Below are positions 1-6,620 of a stretch of DNA of 7,997 nt, piece after piece. This stretch comes from Trichoplax adhaerens (taxonomy: Eukaryota > Animalia > Placozoa): NCBI RefSeq assembly GCF_000150275.1, contig NW_002061077.1:4887-12883 (forward strand), given 5' to 3'. The position numbers and the translations under genes are program-made. The notes below the pieces were generated by a model. The model was not told where the DNA came from and ran no database searches. It saw only the letters and a list, made by a program, of their open reading frames with translations. Position 1 is the stretch's first letter. Every line of letters begins with the position of its first letter.

Positions 1-237
1 CATATTTAAATTACTCTAACATCAATTTACTTCATTGGAATGATGTATCGACGCCTAGTTATTTTAGCTTACTTGCCAAGACACTATACAAAGATTTCAA
101 CAAGCTTTATTTATACCTATTTTATTTGTCAATCAAATTTAGTTCGTTTCGTTATTATTACTATATCTTTACATCATTACTTTGATTTCATTAAAATAGT
201 TTCTAATTGCTCCATTACAATTTTTATACCTTAGTGT

Positions 238-451
238 ATCTATCTAAGCAAGTGGCTAATATCTACTTTTTAAATTTTAAATTTTACAATCATGTTTACT
301 GTACAGACAATAGATTATCTACCTCATTACAACATTGTAGTTTAATAAATCTATCTAAGCAAGTGGCCAATATCTACTTTTTAAATTTTACAATCATGTT
401 CACTGTACAGCCAATAGACTGTCTAACTCACTATAACATTGTAGTTTAATA
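238..451. repeat. Direct tandem duplication, 2 copies, period 111 bp, in the intron upstream of the TM2 exon
   Basis: ATCTATCTAAGCAAGTGGC[T/C]AATATCTACTTTTTAAATTTT...AACATTGTAGTTTAATA at 238-346 and 349-451; copy 1 has an extra 7-bp AAATTTT. Confidence 0.92.
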
Positions 452-881
452 TGGTTTATGATAGTATACAATTTTACTCTTAGACAGTATTGCTTCCAAG
501 CAGTGAGCGTAAACCCATCTAGCAAATCCTATTTATCACGCAAGAGTTATACTAATGAACGCTCATGATCAGATCGTATATCATAGTTTTACAGATTGAG
601 TAGAAAAATATTTAGATCTGATAATTATCGCTACTAGTCGGAGCTTCGTCCGATATAAGAAATGGACTATTTTCAATCGAATAACCTATGCATATAAATA
701 TATAGAATATGGTTAGAATAGATTGATAGATGTAGACAATGATATAAACAATATTCGATATACTGTATCAGTATTTTTAGTCAATACAATGCTATTTAGA
801 CCTTTCCTACTGATATAAAGCCAAGTAAAGGAAAACATAAATTGATTTCACAACGTTAATTCGCTATTATCTATACAATAG

Positions 882-1016
882 GCGCTTTCTTGATCCCCTA
901 CCTGATTTTCCTATTTATTTGTGGTATACCTATGATCGCTATGGAAATGTCTATTGGTCAATGCTTTCGTAGTGGTCCTACGACGGCATATAAAAAGATT
1001 TGTCCTCTATTTGGAG
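882..1016 (+). CDS. SLC6 exon (TM2): (G)[44 protein letters not shown]
   Basis: Acceptor caatag|882, donor 1016|gtagtg; 135 nt, phase 1-1; GAFLIPY motif. Confidence 0.95.
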
Positions 1017-4000
1017 GTAGTGATAACTGCCAAACTCCTTGGATACGTTTTATCTTTTATTCAAATGGAAGCTATTCCTAAATATCGTCTATTTTCTTTA
1101 CAAACTAGGGATTGGATATGCCCAGTTATTGTCGACGTTTCTCTCTGGGATAAACTATGTCGTTATTTTCGCTTGGGTATTATTCTTTGTAATCGCCAGC
1201 TTTATCAGTCCATTGCCGTGGACTACTTGTGGAAATAGCTGGAATACTAACAGTTGTTTCGTTAGAAATGGTTCAGAGACGAATATGTCGGGAACTTCCC
1301 CCTCTCAAGAATTTTTTAAGTAATTACTTATAGTAATAGTCATACTCATTACTACATGTTAAACTACCTAATGAAATATTATAAAACCAATAGTAAGACA
1401 TAGTAGGTTATTCATAAATCAGTAATATATAATACGCTTCAAAGTAACAGCCTTAACATAGATACTACTGATTACACATGTTAAGCTACCCTATGAAATA
1501 TAAAAAAATAGCAAGATACACGGTAGATTATCCACATATCAGTGATACATTACAGTATACGGTTTATAAACGGTTTTAAATGATACAATTTACTGTCTTC
1601 TTACAGCGCTCGTGTACTAGGACTATCACCTAGTCCTGCCCAGTTTGGTCACGTAAGATGGGAGCTCGCATTATTATTATTATTAGCTTGGACAATTATT
1701 TATTTCTGCGTCTTCAAAGGCATTAAGTGGTCAGGAAAGGTAAGATATATACTACTGTCAATACAATTATGTATAAGAGAAATGAGAATAGCAAGTGTCT
1801 ATTAAGTCGGTTAAGACTTCATTATTTTATTGTATCGACTGTAGTTAACTAGAATAGTTCCGACGCCATGTTGATCATTACCACAATGACAACTTTACTT
1901 GCGAATTAGAGCTATATTACTTCATCATATTAATTGTAGTTAATTAAAATAGTTCAAGACGCTGTTTGTATCGTTGCAGTCATGACGACTTAATAAATAA
2001 ATTAAATCTATACTACTATCAAGTATCTCACGAGGGAAAGGATTAAATACGCCTTTCGCATTGCAATAAGGGAAACTGTCAATTTCTTATCATCCATTTG
2101 AAACATAATATTTATTTACGTTTACAATCTGACAGGTGGTTTACTTTACTGCTACGTTTCCCTACGTCGTATTGATCATCTTATTTTTCCGAGGAGTTAC
2201 TTTGCCTGGAGCCGGTAAAGGCATTAACTTCTACTTAAGAGTCGATGTGGATAAGTTAAGGCTAGCAGGCGTAAGTTTTATTAGAATGATGTTAACTAAC
2301 TAATAAAAGAACACAGATCGATATTCATCCTGCCGTCTTAATAACATGTTGTTCCGATATCGGATGAATAAGTTGATTATTAACATACTGATAGAAGTTA
2401 ATTTTGGATTGATAGACTTGGGCTAGAGCAGGAACACAAATATTTTATTCGTTATGTACAGCTTTTGGTCCAATGATTACCTTTGCAAGTTATAACAAGA
2501 GAAGTAATAATGTACTACGGTAATGCAATATATCGATTTTGTATCCGAAATTCGATAAACTGCGAACTACGATTTATTAACTAACATTGAACGTTCAATT
2601 GAATATTTCAATATAAAGAGACGCTACTTGTATCAGTCTCATTAATTGTGCTACAAGTTTCTTTGCTGGTTTTGTTGTCTTTTCTGTCATTGGATATATG
2701 TCAGAACAACAAGGACTTCCTGTTTCGTCAGTAGTTAGCCAAGGTTTGTTTATCTTGTTTACTATTACTCATTATTGAGTTACAATTATTTTACTGATTA
2801 TTATAAGATCAAATATCAACACACATGTTATATTCTGGCAGAATTATGTCTATATGAGAAACGATTAGCTAATAGACGATCGATATTGTAGGTCCAGGTC
2901 TTGTATTTATGGTATATCCAGCTGGTTTGGCTACTCTACCAGGTGCTAACTTCTGGTCAATTATTTTCTTCATGATGTTAATCACACTTGGTATCGATAG
3001 TGAAGTGAGTCTATCAAGATTTCCTGTTATAAATAATTTAATTACATTTAAATATAAATTCTCTAGGAGGTGTAAGATATGAATGGAAAGATGAGTAAAT
3101 TTCACTTTCTATCAGTCAATAACCCATTTATTCGGATATATGTGATTTAGATGGGTGGAATAGAAGCTATGACAACTGGAATCATCGATGTATGGCCTAA
3201 ATATTCGCGTCACAAGGAGTTGCTATCGTTGGCTTTTTGTATTGTTACATATCTTCTAGGATTAACCTGTGTTACTACGGTTAGAATAATTTCTGTATAG
3301 CTATAATTAATCGGTGCTGATATGACCAATCCAATCGCATTGATAGAATCCCATTCAGAACTGGTCTCATACTGATAATCACTCATAGTAAGTTCATACT
3401 ATTCATTAATAGGGAGGATTTTACATTTTTACCTTGATCAATTGGTATTCCGCCGAAATAGGACTTTTCATGACGGCTCTCGTTGAGATTATTGCTGTTG
3501 CCTATATTTACGGTAGGAAAATTAATATTGGATGCATATGGGTTATTTTATATTAGAATCTTTATACTGTAATTCATTTTATTATGGATACAACTGGATT
3601 GAATAGGTGGTAATCGCTTTGCTAGAACTATTGCTCGATGTACTAAAAAATCTGTATGGATCCATTGGAAAATTTGTTGGTATTTTCTAACTCCTGTCAT
3701 GATTTTTGTATGTTCTATCTTAAAATTTCTTACGCTGTCTCTGTCGAAGTATTGTACTTGCTAGAAGCTGGTGTATGATTACGATATAAAATAGTTAAAG
3801 ATTTACGGCTTGCTTTTTTGGTATTGTAGGTAGTGGTACTTCTGACTTGCATCTTTTATAGCCCAGTTGTATATGGCAATAATCTTCCTTTTCCATGGTG
3901 GGGTGAATTTATTGGCTGGATAATGACAGGATCTATTTTGGCATGCATTATAACGCCGGGGATTTTCGAGTTCTTTAGAATGGACGGACCTTATAAGGAA

Positions 4001-4249
4001 GTAAGTCTAACGGATGTGCATGTATTCTATTTCGAATGAATTTACTAGTTGTCGTGAATTATACTTAAACCGATCTATGTCTGTTTTAATCTACAGCGAA
4101 TCACCAGATTAATGTTCGTTCCTAAAACAGAAGAGGAATTAGAAGAGGAAGGTTTATCGGCTGATATCGATAATAACTTTAACAGCGATGAGAAAGGGCT
4201 AGCCAATATAATTCAAAAGGAGTCATATGGCCTTGAATCAACAGTATAA
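882..4249 (+). CDS. SLC6 / sodium:neurotransmitter symporter (NSS, SNF family) Na+/Cl- dependent transporter, 5'-partial, spliced: join(882-1016,1109-1319,1607-1739,2136-2270,2416-2519,2619-2743,2892-3004,3151-3279,3413-3512,3607-3707,3830-4000,4097-4249)
   Basis: Manual splicing at GT-AG sites gives one continuous frame (1610 nt, ~536 aa including the split first Gly, ending TAA 4247-4249). SLC6 motifs appear in order: GAFLIPY...E.SIGQ (TM2), [15 protein letters not shown] (EL2 disulfide), [18 protein letters not shown] (TM5), TQIFYSL...ASYN (TM6), [10 protein letters not shown] (TM7), GPGLVF.VYP, LGIDS (TM8), GGFY...E...YG (TM10), WKICW..LTP (TM11). All intron phases are mutually compatible. 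Confidence 0.96.
1109..1319 (+). CDS. SLC6 exon (TM3-EL2): [70 protein letters not shown]
   Basis: Acceptor aactag|1109, donor 1319|gtaatt; phase 1-2; C-x8-C EL2 disulfide; N-glycosylation sequons NGS and NMS. Confidence 0.95.
1342..1552. repeat. Diverged intronic duplication, 2 copies, period ~122 bp
   Basis: ACATGTTAA[A/G]CTACC..ATGAAATAT at 1354 and 1476, with colinear AATAG[T/C]AAGA...GTAG(G/A)TTAT...ATCAGT[A/G]ATA downstream. Confidence 0.8.
1607..1739 (+). CDS. SLC6 exon (EL2-TM4): (N)[44 protein letters not shown]
   Basis: Acceptor ttacag|1607, donor 1739|gtaaga; phase 2-0. Confidence 0.95.
1840..2026. repeat. Diverged intronic duplication, 2 copies, period ~95 bp
   Basis: TGTAGTTAA[C/T]TA[G/A]AATAGTTC..GACGC at 1840 and 1935, with colinear ATGAC[A/G]ACTT and AATTA[G/A]A.CTATA[T/C]TACT. 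Confidence 0.8.
2136..2270 (+). CDS. SLC6 exon (TM5): [45 protein letters not shown]
   Basis: Acceptor tgacag|2136, donor 2270|gtaagt; 135 nt; [10 protein letters not shown] and RGVTLPGA motifs. Confidence 0.96.
2416..2519 (+). CDS. SLC6 exon (TM6): [34 protein letters not shown](R)
   Basis: Acceptor tgatag|2416, donor 2519|gtaatg; 104 nt; QIFYSL and ASYN motifs. Confidence 0.95.
2619..2743 (+). CDS. SLC6 exon (TM7): [41 protein letters not shown]
   Basis: Acceptor ataaag|2619 (AAG, required by phase), donor 2743|gtttgt; 125 nt. Confidence 0.93.
2892..3004 (+). CDS. SLC6 exon (EL4-TM8): [38 protein letters not shown]
   Basis: Acceptor ttgtag|2892, donor 3004|gtgagt; 113 nt; GPGL and LGIDS motifs. 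Confidence 0.96.
3151..3279 (+). CDS. SLC6 exon (TM8-TM9): [43 protein letters not shown]
   Basis: Acceptor atttag|3151, donor 3279|gttaga; 129 nt, phase 0-0. Confidence 0.94.
3413..3512 (+). CDS. SLC6 exon (TM10): [33 protein letters not shown](G)
   Basis: Acceptor taatag|3413, donor 3512|gtagga; 100 nt. Confidence 0.95.
3607..3707 (+). CDS. SLC6 exon (IL5-TM11): [33 protein letters not shown]
   Basis: Acceptor gaatag|3607, donor 3707|gtatgt; 101 nt; WKICW..LTP motif. Confidence 0.94.
3830..4000 (+). CDS. SLC6 exon (TM11-TM12): [57 protein letters not shown]
   Basis: Acceptor ttgtag|3830, donor 4000|gtaagt; 171 nt; Y...P.W...IGW motif. Confidence 0.94.
4097..4249 (+). CDS. SLC6 terminal exon: [50 protein letters not shown]
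   Basis: Acceptor ctacag|4097; in frame with the previous exon; typical post-TM12 'ERI..L..P' pattern; stop TAA 4247-4249. Confidence 0.9.
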   Translation, partial: RITRLMFVPKTEEELEEEGLSADIDNNFNSDEKGLANIIQKESYGLESTV

Positions 4250-4554
4250 GTTTTTATGGGCCATAAAATGATATTTTTGTTATTAGTTTTTACTTGTTTG
4301 GGTTCTATCTTCTAGTTATATTAACTAAGAGTATTTATGCTTGCTAGTTTCGTAAAATTTTGAGCCAATTTGTATTTAAATAAGGCAACGTATTTAGTAG
4401 AATGCTTATCTACATTTTTATAAAGTTGAAGGCAAGAAATGTCGTCAAAGCTAATTCTTCATAAGCAAGTTCTTCATTATTATCTTACACGTCTTAGGAA
4501 TGGAGTGCTCTTTACTAAAACACTAGTTAATACGGTACTGCAGAATCTTCCAAT

Positions 4555-5740
4555 CTGAGCTTGAAAAGCCTTTCAAAAACTAACTACCCTAGATATTATC
4601 TATAAGTGAAGATTAGTTTCTAGAACAGCAAGAGCACAAACTCGCTGAGCTATAAAAGGTTTGCAAAACTAACTATCCTAGATGTTATCTATAAGTGAAG
4701 ATTAAAATTTTTACTACTGCACGGGTATAAACTCGTTTAACTCGAAAGATTTGCAAAAACTAACTATCCTAGATATTATGTATAAGTGGAGATTAATTTC
4801 CAGAACAACATGAGCACAAACTCGCTAAACTCGAAAAGGCTTGCAAAGCTATCGTAGATGTTATCTATAATTGAAGATTAAATTTCTAAAATAGAACGAG
4901 CATAAGCTCATTGAGTTCGAAAAGCTTTGTAAAAACTAACTATCCTAGATATTATCCATAAGTAGAGATTAATTTCTAGAGTAGTAAGAGCACAAACTTG
5001 CTAAGCGCGAAAATCCTTGCAAAACTAAGTATCGCAGATGTTATCTATAAGTGAAGATTAAAATTTCTACAATAGCACGAGCAAAAACTAGTTGAGCTCG
5101 AAAAGCTTTGTAAAAACTAACTATCCTAGATATTATCAACAAGTGGAGATTAATTTCTAGAACAGCATGAGCACAAACCCGCTGAGCTCAAAATTCTTAC
5201 AAAACTAACAATCGTAGATGTTATCTATAAGTGAAAGTTGAAATTTCTACAATAGCACGAGAATAAACTAGTTGAGCTCGAAAAGCTTTGCAAAGACTAA
5301 CTATCCTAGATGTCGTCTACGAGTGGAGAATAAATTCTACAACAGCATGAGTATAATTTCACTGAGCTCGAAAAATCTTGCTAAAACTACCGCAATTATC
5401 CTAGACACTATCTGTAAGTGGAAATTAAGTTCTGCAACAGTACGATCATAACGTCACTGAGCTCGAAAAGTCTTGCTAAGACCAAATATTCTAGATGTTG
5501 TCTACAAGAGAAGATTAAAATTTCTACCACTGCTCGAGCATCAACTCACTGAACTCGAAAAGCTTTGCGAAAAATTCACTTTCCTAGATATTATCTACTA
5601 GTAATGATAAATTTCTTCAGCAGTATAAGCATAAATTCAGTGGACTCGAAAGCCTTACAAAAACTAGCTATCCTAGAAATTATCTACAATAGAAGATTGA
5701 TTTCTACAACAGCACGAGCATAAATTCACAGAGCTCGAAA
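4555..5740. repeat. Tandem array/minisatellite, 13 monomers of ~85-95 bp (mean ~90) with an A/B ~180-bp dimer
   Basis: The anchor AGA of 'ctaactatcctAGAT[A/G]TTATCTATAAGTGAAGATT' recurs at 4591, 4680, 4771, 4856, 4947, 5036, 5128, 5216, 5308, 5403, 5493, 5586 and 5675. Confidence 0.95.
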
Positions 5741-6233
5741 CGTAAACACCTCCAACAATTCTTTTCCTCACCTTGTAGGGTCATCCTATTTGAGTCCTAC
5801 ATTGGATTGATTATAAAGTTGCATTTTCGCTTATACTAGCACTCGCACCTAGCACAACGAAGTACCGCAGTACAAACAACAAATTTAATTTCCTTCCATT
5901 ATTAGATAGGATCAAATAGTTTGCAATCACGTTATTATGGTTTTAATTAATACTAGTGCAAACTCCCGTCGCTTTGCTGACGGTTTACGATTATGTGCTC
6001 ATTTAACAGATAGTATTACCATTTGATAGACCTGTCAGAGGTTCAGTAACTTTTTACCGTGTACTGTATGCTGTACAAAAGTACTCATCATTTTTTGTAG
6101 ATTTTTTCTATATTATTGCTTTATATCTTAAGGGTCGTAACAACTATACAACATGTTTCAATCACCTTAACAGGCTATACCTAAGAATGCCGTTTTCACT
6201 TCGATATATCCTCGTTACTTCGTATAATCGCTT

Positions 6234-6620
6234 CTATACAATATCATACAACGCCATCAGTATCGTCCGTCTACTATCACGATCCCGATAAGTCTATTCT
6301 ATATCGAATATTGAAGTCTATACCATATATCGTATGTCACTATATACAAATTAACATTAATCAATTTGGGCGTATATCTAATCTCGTTATGTTGATATCA
6401 GTCAAAGACTAATTGAACTTCTAATTTATTTATTCCGGATATCAATCTATACGATATTATCTAAGTCCTTCAGTATCGTCTATCCACTACCATGATCGCG
6501 ATAAGTCTGTTCTATAGCATAAATTCTACTCTACGTGTTAATTAAACAAATTAATGTTACCACACGGAACACATTTCTAATTCCATTATGTTTATATCTT
6601 TCAAAGACTTGTTAACTTCT
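6234..6620. repeat. Diverged intergenic duplication, 2 copies, period ~200-213 bp
   Basis: TCAGTATCGTC at 6257 and 6470; GATC[C/G]CGATAAGTCT[A/G]TTCTATA and ACAAATTAA in both copies; TCAAAGACT at 6402 and 6601. Confidence 0.85.

Noticed and set aside
40-449. ORFs 40-234 and 207-449
   Set aside because: AT-rich low-information translations. The repeated LSKQVANIYFLNF merely reflects the 111-bp DNA duplication. Neither contains the SLC6 TM1 motif (GLGNVWRFP).
466-510. Possible third degenerate copy of the 111-bp duplication
   Set aside because: Similarity to 216-256 is short and AT-rich, and not distinguishable from chance by eye.
954-1238. ORF 954-1238
   Set aside because: Alternative frame overlapping two true SLC6 exons and an intron.
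1671-1685. (TTA)5 microsatellite
   Set aside because: It simply encodes the poly-Leu stretch of TM4.
2869-3105. Minus-strand 78-aa ORF
   Set aside because: Antisense shadow of exon 2892-3004 plus intron; no independent coding signal.
882-4249. Assigning a specific gene symbol (DAT/NET/SERT/GlyT/PROT/GAT)
   Set aside because: The diagnostic TM1 residue is outside the window and the pocket residues are a mosaic matching no characterised member.
882-4249. Pseudogene interpretation of the unusual residues
   Set aside because: No frameshift or premature stop, all 11 introns are GT-AG, and the ion-site residues and EL2 cysteines are retained.
4555-5740. Array as a CRISPR locus
   Set aside because: The sequence between the conserved cores is homologous from unit to unit (no unique spacers), the context is a spliced eukaryotic gene, and there are no cas genes.
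4555-5740. Array as tandem hammerhead ribozymes (retrozyme), suggested by CTGAGCTCGAAA
   Set aside because: The required CUGAnGA core is absent (CTGAGCT), there is no room for stem II, and I found no TCnTCAG on the other strand. An Infernal/RNAMotif scan would settle it.
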